Below are positions 38,960 through 48,439 of a DNA stretch of 64,000 nucleotides, piece after piece. The DNA is taken from NCBI GenBank assembly GCA_050250935.1, contig JBFWNS010000001.1, positions 512,122 to 576,121 on the forward strand, read 5' to 3'. The notes beneath the pieces were generated by a model, which searched no databases, was not told the origin of the DNA, and saw only the letters and a list, made by a program, of their open reading frames with translations. This DNA is from Candidatus Margulisiibacteriota bacterium. Its GTDB lineage: Bacteria > Margulisbacteria > Marinamargulisbacteria > JBFWNS01. Positions within the stretch are counted from its first letter, which is position 1. Every line of letters starts with the position of its first letter. The position numbers and the translations under genes are program-made.

Positions 38960-40124
38960 TGATCATATCCCTAACCGGGTTGTGACATTTAAAGTTTTCA
39001 AAGTTATACAGCTGATTTTCATAAACCGGCTGAACGGCTGCTTTTGCGGTTTTGTATTTTTCAACATCGGTAAATCGGTATAAAATTCGATTTCCTTCAT
39101 ATTTGCTTAAATCTTCTTTTTCCATCAATCCATTACGATCGTCTTGATTCACCCCACCAAAACTCCAAGATTTGCGGTTGTCAGGATCCAATGTAATTCC
39201 GTCACTCTTAAATCCCGGCTCAATAATCTGAGTATGCCCTGCCATAGGATCAATAATATTGGTATCAAACCAGCCCCCTGGCACCAAGGATTTTTGTACC
39301 ACCACCGGATATCTTTCAGTAGAGGGGTTATATGCCCCATACCCAGGACCATGCTGTTCTTTAAACAAGGGGGTAGCAACACTGTAAAGTGTATAGCCTG
39401 CACCCAAAATAGACCCTCCCAAAGAAATGGCTTGCTGGGTTTGCGTTAACCCTATGGAGGCATACTGGCTTCCTGTGAGGCCTGCCCTGGCTTCCATGGT
39501 AACACTGCTTAGCCATCCATTTGCAAGCGCAGTATCCAAGCCAAACCCAGCAGCAGCACCGATAGCGGCGCCTAAAAGGGTTTCAGATAACATGTTCTGT
39601 CGACTTAAATCTTTTCCCCAATTTGCGGCAACTGCGCCAATAACCATGCCAACAAACCACCAAAACTCCCCATCCGGATCGACATAGACCAGAGGACTGT
39701 TGGCAGCGTAGAGGTAGGGATTCAGGCGTTGTCCTGCTGGGTCTTCGGTGAGGAAGCGACCGATTTCAGGATCGTAGTGGCGTTGGTTGAAGTAGAACAG
39801 GCCGGTTTCGGGGTCTCGTTTTTTGCCGGTGAAGTTGATTTCGTTGGCGTTGGCATTCAATTTTATGGAGGGGCCTAGGTTGCCGAATTCGTCGAGGTTG
39901 ATTTTGGAGACAACCATGTTGTTGGTGTCAATCATGATGACGGGAGTGCCTTGGGCGTTGTTGATGAAGTAGTAGGTTTTTTCTTGGCCGTTTTCGGTGC
40001 GGATCATGGCCAGTTTTTGGTTGCCGCTGTAGAGGTATTTCACTTCGTAGGTGTTGCTGGTGGCAAGACCTTCAATAACTTGAAAATATCCGGCTCGCTG
40101 AACCGACATTTCTTTATTCTCCAC
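38946..40124 (-). CDS. Orphan Rhs core fragment plus C-terminal toxin CT1
   Basis: FTGKKRDPETGLFYFNQRHYDPEIGRFLTEDP...NPYLYAANSPLVYVDPDGE, then a CT different from that of the main rhs. Confidence 0.85.
   Translation of the reverse strand: MENKEMSVQRAGYFQVIEGLATSNTYEVKYLYSGNQKLAMIRTENGQEKTYYFINNAQGTPVIMIDTNNMVVSKINLDEFGNLGPSIKLNANANEINFTGKKRDPETGLFYFNQRHYDPEIGRFLTEDPAGQRLNPYLYAANSPLVYVDPDGEFWWFVGMVIGAVAANWGKDLSRQNMLSETLLGAAIGAAAGFGLDTALANGWLSSVTMEARAGLTGSQYASIGLTQTQQAISLGGSILGAGYTLYSVATPLFKEQHGPGYGAYNPSTERYPVVVQKSLVPGGWFDTNIIDPMAGHTQIIEPGFKSDGITLDPDNRKSWSFGGVNQDDRNGLMEKEDLSKYEGNRILYRFTDVEKYKTAKAAVQPVYENQLYNFENFKCHNPVRDMINATR
39662..40073. repeat. ~412-bp Rhs core repeat (copy of 41338..41749)
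   Basis: Direct sequence match at offset 1676, ending at the DPDGEF junction. Confidence 0.9.
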
Positions 40125-40302
40125 TCCTTTTTAAACTTTGCTTTTGCAAGCGTATCTTATATTTTTCAGTGGATTAAGTTTTTGGGGATGATTGCTGAGG
40201 TAGGCTTTTCCGATCCATTCGATTATAAATTTTATCTACATTCTGAGAATCGTGTTTCAGAGGGTTGGGCTTTTGAGTGCAGATCTTCAAATCCCTAAAA
40301 TT

Positions 40303-40548
40303 CTATTTGAAATGTAGAAATACGCATCCCCAAGCAAGCCATATAATAAACAATAAGATAATGTTTCCTATAGTTACCCCTTTTTCCCCAAATTCAGATT
40401 TTAAAAAATAGTTATTCTGAAAAAAACTGAAAAAATGGGCATCATAAAACCAGTCTTTTTTAAAAATCATGCCATAAATAATGAGTATGGTGACAAAAAG
40501 TAAAATACCTGCAAATAGTAATGAAAATCCGAGTGGAACAAGATACAT
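40303..40548 (-). CDS. Putative two-TM immunity protein for the main Rhs toxin
   Basis: 81 aa, two hydrophobic helices, 4 nt downstream of the rhs stop, AT-rich. Confidence 0.7.
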   Translation of the reverse strand: MYLVPLGFSLLFAGILLFVTILIIYGMIFKKDWFYDAHFFSFFQNNYFLKSEFGEKGVTIGNIILLFIIWLAWGCVFLHFK

Positions 40549-40552
40549 ATTT

Positions 40553-43500
40553 TTATCTCACGGGTACAGAATAATTAATAGGTAGTCCTATTCCAACCCC
40601 AGCTGAAAGACCTAGACCAAATTTCGTGCTCTTTCCATTAATAACACGAAGTCCTAGGTATTTAAAACCTGCAGTAACTGTACTCCGTTCGTCTATCCCT
40701 TTTGAGACCATATCTGCATAGAAACTGGCGCCAATTGATGGAATGACTTGAGCCGATTTTTGAAAACCGCTACCTCTGTCGTAATTTAATGAAAATTGCC
40801 AAACATCTATTGAGCCACCTAACCTCACATCCAAATTAGAGAGTCCATGACTCAGTTTTCCGGTGAAGCCAGTTAAGCGTTCTTTCAACCCTTCCCCAAA
40901 CTTATTATACAAAACATTATAAGCGCCAGACTGAAACCCGTTTGCAAAGCTTCCGCCAGCAGCCATGCTGGTGACGCCACCAGCGATACCTGCAATGCCG
41001 GCTTGCTCTAGCATGCCAGCCCCATTGCTGGCTTCGGCTGCCAAATTGCCTATAGCGCCCCCAACAAATCCAGAGCCAAAACTACCGCCACTGGTCATGG
41101 ATTGTAGGCCGCCCGAAACCCCATGTGCTAGGGTTTTTCCAAGTCCTTCTGTGGCATGTCCCATCATCTCGCCAACGCCAAAGCTGAGAGCGCCACTAAG
41201 GGCTCCAGAACCAAAGGCATTAAGAACGCCCTGGCCGTCAATTTTTCCGGTTAAGGCGAGTTGCATTCCGGCGTTAATGGCAGCGCTGGTGGCGCCGGCT
41301 TGAAGTGCAGAGACGAAAAGTGGGATTAGGAATTGAAAAAACTCCCCATCCGGATCGACATAGACCAGAGGACTGTTGGCAGCGTAGAGGTAGGGATTCA
41401 GGCATTGTCCTGCTGGGTCTTCGGTGAGGAAGCGACCGATTTCAGGGTCGTAGTGGCGTTGGTTGAAATAATACAAGCCGGTTTCGGGGTCTCGTTTTTT
41501 GCCGGTGTAGTTGATTTCGTGGGAGTTGGCATTCAATTTTATGGAGGGGCCTAGGTTGCCGAATTCGTCGAGGTTGATTTTGGAGACAACCATGTTGTTG
41601 GTGTCAATCATGATGACGGGAGTGCCTTGGGCGTTGTTGATGAAGTAGTAGGTTTTTTCTTGGCCGTTTTCGGTGCGGATCATGGCCAGTTTTTGGTTGC
41701 CGCTGTAGAGGTATTTCACTTCGTAGGTGTTGCTGGTGGCCAGGCCTTCTCCAATTTGGTTTCCAGCAAGGTCCCATTGGATCCATTTTGTCGTGGCATC
41801 TGTTTTTTTGTAGATGCGTTGGCGGTTTTCGTCGTATCCATAGGTGCCAATGGTGGTGCCGTCGTCTTTGGCTTGAACCAGTTGGCCTTGGTAGTTGTAG
41901 GTGTATGTGCGTTGGGTCTGGGGTTGGTTGGTTGGGTTGTACCGGGTGCGAGAGATTTGGTTGCCTTCGGCATCGTAAGCATAGAGGGTGTAGCGGCCAT
42001 CGGCTTGATTTTTTCGGACAATTTGATCTTGGTCGCTGGCCACAGTGATGTTCGGTTGGCCCAGGTTTTTGTTGTTTGGGCTTTCAAACCGGGTTGGGTT
42101 GCCGTTTTTATCCCATTGGTAGGTGTATTGGGGTTGTTGATTCAGCTGAACTTGGGTGAGCTGGTTTTTGGCATCGTAGGTCCAAGCACGGTTTATGGTG
42201 CTGCCCGTGCTGAAGAGATAGTCGTTGTGTTGGGTGGCGGTTGGAATCCCTTGGGCATCGTAGGCATAGGTTTGGGTGTACAGCGTGGTTCCCGAAGCCG
42301 TTTTGGCGGTGATGGATTTGAGCAAAATCTGTTTGTCGTAGGTGTAGGTGAGGGTTGTGCCATTACCCAGGGTAATCTGTGCAATGGTTCCGTTGGGGTT
42401 GTAGCTGTAGGTTGCCAAAGCGAGTCCGTTATAGCGTTGGGATTGGAGTTTTTGGTTAGAATCATAGGTGTAGGATAGGGCTTTCCCGTCGTTAAAGGTT
42501 AAGTTGGCCACTTGGCCGTTGGTGGGGTTGTAGGTATAGGTGCTTTGAACCGTTTTGGACAAGGCTTTAATGGTGGTTTGGGTTTGAATGGGACGACCGG
42601 CACTATCGTAGGTGTAGGTGGACAGGGCATCTGGGGTTTCGGCTTGCACCAGATGGCCTTTGCCATTGCTGCCTTGGTCGTAAGTTAGGGTTTCTTGAAC
42701 CGTGCCATTGAGCTTGGTTTGGGTAACCCGGCCTTCGACATCGTAGGCGTAGGCATAGGTTTTAGACAGTACTCCGGTTTTGTCGTAGATCGCAATGCTT
42801 TCGACCACATTGGGGGCTTGTTGGCTGTAGGTGGGGATGGTTCTTTGAAGGGTTCCTGTTCCCGGAAAGTAGGTTTTGGTGATTCTTCCGTAGGCATCTT
42901 GGTCGGCCTTGTGAATTAGCCCCCTTGGGTCTGTGGTGGTGGCCACTCGGCCAAAATTGTCGTAGGTAGACAGGGTTTGGCTGTTGTCTGGCACAAACAC
43001 CGTTTTCGTGGTTTGGTTCAGTTCGTTTTGGTAAGACACGGTTTGACGCCCCTTGGTATCCGTCACGGTTACGGTGTTGGACCCATCGTCATAGCTGGTG
43101 GTGGTGGTGCCAAAATCTGGGCTGGTGACGGTTTTTTTTCTTAAAAGATCGTCGTAGGTGTAGGATTTTTTCAAAGTCCAGGTGTTGGTGCCTGTGTAAA
43201 CGGCTAGGGGGAGGTCTCCGTAATAATAGTCGGTTTTAATGTCTTCTTCTCCGCTGGGGTTGTCCACCAAAATAGTGCGTCCCATGCTGTCCACGGTGCT
43301 GGCCACGGTTCGACCACCTCCGGTGACTGTGGTGGTTTTTAGATCGGAGCTATAGCTGTAGGTTATGGGGATGTTGTCGGGTCCAGTAGCGGAGATGACA
43401 CGTCCATAGGCATCATAGGCATAGGTGGTGATGCCCCCATTAATGCCCGTTATTTTGATGGGTTTTCCGGTAAACCCTTCCAGTTCTATGGTGCTGGTTT

Positions 43501-45610
43501 TTCCGTTCGTGGTTTGGGTGATGGTCTGTTTTGAAGGAGCATCCATATAGTTGAACTGCGTGGTGAGCGGTCCATTGGGGCCATATAGGGTTTGGGTTTG
43601 GATTCGACCGTTGTAAAAATATCGCATTTCTTTGAGAAGTTTTCCCGAGGAATCCCTTCCTTCACAAATAGAGGCTATTTTGTTGTTCCAATAGGTATAA
43701 AAAAAGGCATTTGTTCTCCCTTCAGGAGAAACGGTTTCTTTAGATTTTATTCGACCCAAAATATATCGGCGATTGAAATTCCAATCGACAATAGACGAAT
43801 CCCCAACCCCAGGCTCAGGATAATAATAAGTTAGTGTTGTTTGAAGGTCTGTTAGCCCAGATTTTTTGTGGGTAATAGACAGGGGATTATTGTAATCATC
43901 ATAGTCGTTGATAAGGGTTTCTTCCTGAATTTGACCATTGCGCTTTAAGATCGTTTTTTTGGGGATACGCTTATCCAGATCCCATTCCATAACTGTTTCA
44001 AAAGGCCCCATCGTTTTTTTTGCTATTAAACCATTTGTAAATGATAAAACTTCATCAGCGATAAAACTTGGATTGTCGATTGTAACTCCGTCCAAGGAAT
44101 AGATGGTATTGGATGACCATGTCGGTTTAAACTGCTGATGCTTTACGCCCAATCCTGTTGTGTTGTATAGAAACTGCGTTATCCAGGATTTCCCGTCAGC
44201 CGTGATCTTTTTACTCGAAATCAAAGGGGAGAGTGTCTCAATAGGTATATAACTTCCATTGTTCTCGCCCCCATTGATATAGGTATAAGCAATTTGTGTC
44301 CCCAAAGCTGTTTTAACACCACTTAATAAAAAACCATTTGCTCCTCTCCCATAATCAAAAGAACTGTAAGTATAGGTTTTTTTATAGGTATCTCCGATAG
44401 TGACTTCTGAAAGGTTGTTGTTCAAATCATAAGCATACTGAATACGGATTGGTGCCCCATTTGGCCCTGTGTAGGTTATTTTCGAGATTTGGCCATCTTG
44501 TTCTGTTTTTAGCCCGGGGGATGACGAAACGTATTCAAAGTTTATAATTCTATTTGATGTGTCGGTGATTTTTTTTAGCCGGACGTATTGAACACTATCA
44601 CCATTTATAAATCGGTCGGATCCCACAACTTGATAGTGAAAATAGAAATCCGCTTCTGAAATAACATCGCCCAAAATAGGAAACAAATAGGCTGCTAATA
44701 AATTATAATCTGTAGTGCCACCATTTTCATACTCAAGCGTAATTTGTTGATAGCCCTTACAAATTTTGGTCAATGATTTTCCCATTATGGCTACCCAGGG
44801 TAAATTTTCTGCCCCAGACAGTCTGTTTTTGTCGCCCCCCCAATAGTAAAAGAAATTTTGTCCAAAAATATAGGTTGTTCCATCTGGAGTTTCCAAGCGA
44901 ATGTCTTGGGGAAAGGTATCTGGGGAATCCGATCGGGCATAGGGCTCTTTTATAGCAAAGTAAGTTATCGGATTAGAAACATAAACTCTGTTAAAATTGC
45001 CGGGCTGTTTTGAAACGAAGGCCCCCAAGTTACCATCGTAGAAATACTCTGAAATGCCTTCATTGGTTTCTATTACTACCTTTTGATAGTTTCGATTTGC
45101 TATGAGCCCATTGCCGGAAGTGGTTTGCCCGTTATTCATAATGTAGGCACGCATCAGGAGATTTAGCCCCCATCCATGCCCGAAGCCCTGCCCTGATTTG
45201 CCCATAAAAGATAGTGGAGATAGAAGAGTCTTGCTTTTAAAAAATGATGAATTATAACTTCTGGATAACACCAAATCATGGCCCCCAATTCCAGGTAAGG
45301 TTAAGTCTATATCTGAAAATTTCAACTTACCTTGTGTTAAATCCACTTCCTCATGGGCAGGTCCGCCAAGATTCAGATTTAGACGAGAAACATCAGCTTC
45401 TGAAAATGATAATGAAGCGCCCATAAGTGCAGTTGAAGTTTTTTGTTCCCCAGTACGAATGGTTGGTTTTTCGGTCAATACATTTGTAGAGCTTAAATAA
45501 GGCAATATCTGTTGCATATCTTCACTCAATGTTTGAGCCATCAAAGGCATCTCAGGCAAAGAGTTGCTTAGAAAAAATAGAGAAAGAAGTATATAAATCG
45601 TCTTTTTCAA
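40553..45610 (-). CDS. Rhs/YD-repeat polymorphic toxin with N-terminal signal peptide
   Basis: 1685 aa; many YD repeats; Rhs core YTGKKRDPETGLYYF...DPDGE; Gly/Ala-rich hydrophobic CT; N-terminal MKKTIYILLSLFFL. Confidence 0.93.
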   Translation of the reverse strand: MKKTIYILLSLFFLSNSLPEMPLMAQTLSEDMQQILPYLSSTNVLTEKPTIRTGEQKTSTALMGASLSFSEADVSRLNLNLGGPAHEEVDLTQGKLKFSDIDLTLPGIGGHDLVLSRSYNSSFFKSKTLLSPLSFMGKSGQGFGHGWGLNLLMRAYIMNNGQTTSGNGLIANRNYQKVVIETNEGISEYFYDGNLGAFVSKQPGNFNRVYVSNPITYFAIKEPYARSDSPDTFPQDIRLETPDGTTYIFGQNFFYYWGGDKNRLSGAENLPWVAIMGKSLTKICKGYQQITLEYENGGTTDYNLLAAYLFPILGDVISEADFYFHYQVVGSDRFINGDSVQYVRLKKITDTSNRIINFEYVSSSPGLKTEQDGQISKITYTGPNGAPIRIQYAYDLNNNLSEVTIGDTYKKTYTYSSFDYGRGANGFLLSGVKTALGTQIAYTYINGGENNGSYIPIETLSPLISSKKITADGKSWITQFLYNTTGLGVKHQQFKPTWSSNTIYSLDGVTIDNPSFIADEVLSFTNGLIAKKTMGPFETVMEWDLDKRIPKKTILKRNGQIQEETLINDYDDYNNPLSITHKKSGLTDLQTTLTYYYPEPGVGDSSIVDWNFNRRYILGRIKSKETVSPEGRTNAFFYTYWNNKIASICEGRDSSGKLLKEMRYFYNGRIQTQTLYGPNGPLTTQFNYMDAPSKQTITQTTNGKTSTIELEGFTGKPIKITGINGGITTYAYDAYGRVISATGPDNIPITYSYSSDLKTTTVTGGGRTVASTVDSMGRTILVDNPSGEEDIKTDYYYGDLPLAVYTGTNTWTLKKSYTYDDLLRKKTVTSPDFGTTTTSYDDGSNTVTVTDTKGRQTVSYQNELNQTTKTVFVPDNSQTLSTYDNFGRVATTTDPRGLIHKADQDAYGRITKTYFPGTGTLQRTIPTYSQQAPNVVESIAIYDKTGVLSKTYAYAYDVEGRVTQTKLNGTVQETLTYDQGSNGKGHLVQAETPDALSTYTYDSAGRPIQTQTTIKALSKTVQSTYTYNPTNGQVANLTFNDGKALSYTYDSNQKLQSQRYNGLALATYSYNPNGTIAQITLGNGTTLTYTYDKQILLKSITAKTASGTTLYTQTYAYDAQGIPTATQHNDYLFSTGSTINRAWTYDAKNQLTQVQLNQQPQYTYQWDKNGNPTRFESPNNKNLGQPNITVASDQDQIVRKNQADGRYTLYAYDAEGNQISRTRYNPTNQPQTQRTYTYNYQGQLVQAKDDGTTIGTYGYDENRQRIYKKTDATTKWIQWDLAGNQIGEGLATSNTYEVKYLYSGNQKLAMIRTENGQEKTYYFINNAQGTPVIMIDTNNMVVSKINLDEFGNLGPSIKLNANSHEINYTGKKRDPETGLYYFNQRHYDPEIGRFLTEDPAGQCLNPYLYAANSPLVYVDPDGEFFQFLIPLFVSALQAGATSAAINAGMQLALTGKIDGQGVLNAFGSGALSGALSFGVGEMMGHATEGLGKTLAHGVSGGLQSMTSGGSFGSGFVGGAIGNLAAEASNGAGMLEQAGIAGIAGGVTSMAAGGSFANGFQSGAYNVLYNKFGEGLKERLTGFTGKLSHGLSNLDVRLGGSIDVWQFSLNYDRGSGFQKSAQVIPSIGASFYADMVSKGIDERSTVTAGFKYLGLRVINGKSTKFGLGLSAGVGIGLPINYSVPVR

Positions 45611-45733
45611 ACTAAATATCCTCTTTTATAAAAAATATAAAATGCAAATGCAATATTACGTTAGTAGATCAGGGGTTTGTCAACCTTTATTTCCACGGGC
45701 GAATATCTTGCAGCTTGTTTCGGGCTTTCGGCG

Positions 45734-46591
45734 TTAATACCGCCCCGAAATCCCAATTCCCCACCCCCCGCCGACGACAAGAGGGTAGACGCTAAAGGCT
45801 GGTTTTTTTTGGTCCATGTCGCGGACATATAGGGCGGTGTAATAGCCGATGGCCGCGCCCAGGACGACGTCCGAAATCCAGTGTTTTTGTTGGGTAACGA
45901 GGGTGGCGGAGCTTAGAATGGCCGAGGAATAGCAGAGGGTGGTGACCCAGGGCTGGTCTTCTCGGTATTCTTCTGCGTACGAGGTCAGGACGGCCCAGGC
46001 AAAGCCGGCGTGGCCAGAGGGAAGGGCCCCTTCGTCGCTTGGGAATTTCCATTTGGGGCCTTGGAAATCGTAGGGATCCCCTTCTAGTTTCCTGAAAAAA
46101 AGATCCTTTAAAAATTGGGTGGTGATAATTTGAAACCCAAAGCTTTTAATGGCCATATAAGTGCCGTGCTGAAGTTTGGAATCGTCCAAAACAACCCCCG
46201 TGGCATAGATGGCGGGCAAGGCATAGAGCAGGGTGGTGGATTTGCCCAAGCCATGAAAGCCCTGGGTTGCATTGTTAAAGGTGGTTAGGTTTCTGCGGTC
46301 AAAGTAATCGAAAATGGGTTTGTCGACCAAAATCAGGAGTCCGGTTGCTGCTGCAACGGTTCCGGCCGTTTTCCATTGTTCACCATCCCAAGAAAAAGGA
46401 GAGCCAAGATAGCCCATAAAATCCGAGGCGTTTTGAAGGGCTGGGGTTTTGATTTGGTTTTCGAAATAATTAAAGGTGGGGGGGATTTCGGGGGGTTCGA
46501 CTGCATTTGGTGCGTTGCAGAGGCCAATCGTGGCAACTGTGGCAACCATCAAGATCCTATAAAGCCAGGGTTTGCCAACCCTAGTGCTCAT
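45734..46591 (-). CDS. PAP2-family phosphatase
   Basis: K.LFFR, LPSGHA, HWISDVVLGAAIG motifs. Confidence 0.85.
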   Translation of the reverse strand: MSTRVGKPWLYRILMVATVATIGLCNAPNAVEPPEIPPTFNYFENQIKTPALQNASDFMGYLGSPFSWDGEQWKTAGTVAAATGLLILVDKPIFDYFDRRNLTTFNNATQGFHGLGKSTTLLYALPAIYATGVVLDDSKLQHGTYMAIKSFGFQIITTQFLKDLFFRKLEGDPYDFQGPKWKFPSDEGALPSGHAGFAWAVLTSYAEEYREDQPWVTTLCYSSAILSSATLVTQQKHWISDVVLGAAIGYYTALYVRDMDQKKPAFSVYPLVVGGGWGIGISGRY

Positions 46592-46709
46592 GAAGTCCCG
46601 CTAATGACACCGCTCTGTTTGTAAACGCATCCATTGAAATTGGCATTTAGTAAATCACATTTGCACGAAAAAATAAAAAAGGGCTGGGGTTTGCTTGGAG
46701 ACCGGGGGC

Positions 46710-47759
46710 CTAAAGGCTGGTGGCTTCCGAGGGCAAACTGGCCCGTCTGCCCATCCATTTGAGCAGGCGTGCGGACATCAGTTTCGCTTGGACGATGCTG
46801 GAGAGTTTCTCGACCAATTTGTGGTTTAAAAAGGGTTTGGTGACATAGTCGGTGGCCCCAGAGCGCAGGGTTTTGACGATCAGGTCCGTGTCTTTGAAGG
46901 CGGTTAACATGACAATGGGGATGTTGGGGTTGGCGGCTTTGAATTCCGAAACCCATTTGTCCCCAGATTTGCCGGGCATGCCGATGTCTAGCAAAATTAA
47001 ATCGATGCTGGTTTCGCTGGTTCGGGTGGCCGTAATTTTTTCGAGGGCGTCTTCCCCTGAGGTGGTTTTGAGAACGGTAAACTCGGTGATGAGGGCCATT
47101 TCGATGCCGTCGAGCATGTGGGGTTCATCGTCGATGGCCAAAATGACGGGTTTGGGCCAATTGCCCAATTGCTTGGTATGGGTTTTGGTTTCCATGGCTT
47201 GCAAAATTTCGGGTTGCGTCATGTCGATAAACGGGTCGTGATAGGGAAAATACAGGGTGATTTCGCTGGGCAGAATGGGGCTTCCCGATTCCTTTTTTTG
47301 AGCCAGAAATTTTTTGAAATTTTCAAGGCGTTCTTCGATTTCGAAGGTGGTATTGCGTTCCAGCTCCCGATTCAGAACCTCGTGGGCCACTTGGGTGTCG
47401 AAGGATTGTTTAACGGCAATGCGAAATTCCAGGTCATGGAAAGGACGCTGAAGAATATCGGCGGCCCCAATTTTCATCCATTCCACAGCGGTTTTGGCGG
47501 TCAGATGGTTGCTCAGAACCAAGATGTGGGGTAGTCCTAAAAAAGCTTCAATTTTGGGAATCAGGTCGGTGGGTGAGGCGTCTGGCAGGGTGGCCGACAA
47601 AATAATCAAGGGGGTGACGGGATTGGTTTCCAAGGTTTCCAGTGCTTCTTTGGCCGAGGTTGCGGTTAGGACGTGGAAATTCTCTTCTTTTAAGACGGTT
47701 TCCATCCAAGAAAGTTCAGTTGGCGTTTCTTCGACCAGCAGTACTTGAGTTTGACGCAT
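46710..47759 (-). CDS. Tandem receiver-domain protein with no output domain
   Basis: N-terminal degenerate REC (LIILSATLPD, no phospho-Asp); C-terminal canonical REC (IDDE, LLDIGMPG, MLTA, DYVTKPF). Confidence 0.85.
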   Translation of the reverse strand: MRQTQVLLVEETPTELSWMETVLKEENFHVLTATSAKEALETLETNPVTPLIILSATLPDASPTDLIPKIEAFLGLPHILVLSNHLTAKTAVEWMKIGAADILQRPFHDLEFRIAVKQSFDTQVAHEVLNRELERNTTFEIEERLENFKKFLAQKKESGSPILPSEITLYFPYHDPFIDMTQPEILQAMETKTHTKQLGNWPKPVILAIDDEPHMLDGIEMALITEFTVLKTTSGEDALEKITATRTSETSIDLILLDIGMPGKSGDKWVSEFKAANPNIPIVMLTAFKDTDLIVKTLRSGATDYVTKPFLNHKLVEKLSSIVQAKLMSARLLKWMGRRASLPSEATSL

Positions 47760-47816
47760 TCGGTTCCCCTATTTTTGTAAAATACCTTCGGTGAAGGACT
47801 GGGTGGTAATGCCCGT

Positions 47817-48197
47817 TTAACTTAATGGTAAAACATTTTTGATGAGTTTGGTAATGGCTCGTTTTAGTTTTCGGTCATCGACGATGCTGCCATAAAAACA
47901 ATGGGTGGCACCGGCATGGTCGACACAGCCTTTCCAAGACGGATCGTTGTGGGTCATCAGCGCCATAATAGGTGTTTGGGGGTAAGAGGCCTTAAAATGG
48001 CGAAGCGAAATGGGGCTGGGTGAAATCACGGTGGTGTCTTCGATAATCAATAAATCGGGCTGGCCTTCGTCGTTTTGAACATAAGCCAAGGCTTCGGATA
48101 GGCTGGGGCGGTGGTGAACTTGGTGGGGATGGGCTACCAGTTGAATTAATGCTGGGGCTACGGCGCTTTTTGAAATCACCAAAATATTTTTTTTCAT
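47817..48197 (-). CDS. Small atypical receiver-like protein
   Basis: KNILVIS...EALAYV...PDLLIIED...YPQTPIMALM...GATHCF follows a REC fold pattern; ATG after GGGAG. Confidence 0.55.
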   Translation of the reverse strand: MKKNILVISKSAVAPALIQLVAHPHQVHHRPSLSEALAYVQNDEGQPDLLIIEDTTVISPSPISLRHFKASYPQTPIMALMTHNDPSWKGCVDHAGATHCFYGSIVDDRKLKRAITKLIKNVLPLS

Positions 48198-48257
48198 ATA
48201 ACAGTTCTCCCTTTGGTTTTGTTTAAACAAAATCATCCTATGAACAGCAGCACGTTG

Positions 48258-48439
48258 GATGGTTTCCTGATTGATGATCCAGAGGCCTCCTTGTTTGGTT
48301 TTTATTAAGAAACTTTATTGTTAGTTTCCTATATTGTTTCCTACGGTATACCAATTTTATACCCGTGTAAAGCCTGAAAAAAACGGGTATACTAAATAAT
48401 TATCCGAAAATCAAAAAAAGTTTATTGCAGGAAACCATC
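48258..48439. promoter_or_regulatory. Divergent promoter region with repeated GTTTCCT/AGGAAAC sites and inverted repeats
   Basis: 12-bp inverted pair GATGGTTTCCTG (48258) / CAGGAAACCATC (48428); GTTTCCTA at 48324 and 48336; TATACCCGT-N16-ACGGGTATA at 48358..48391. Confidence 0.55.
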
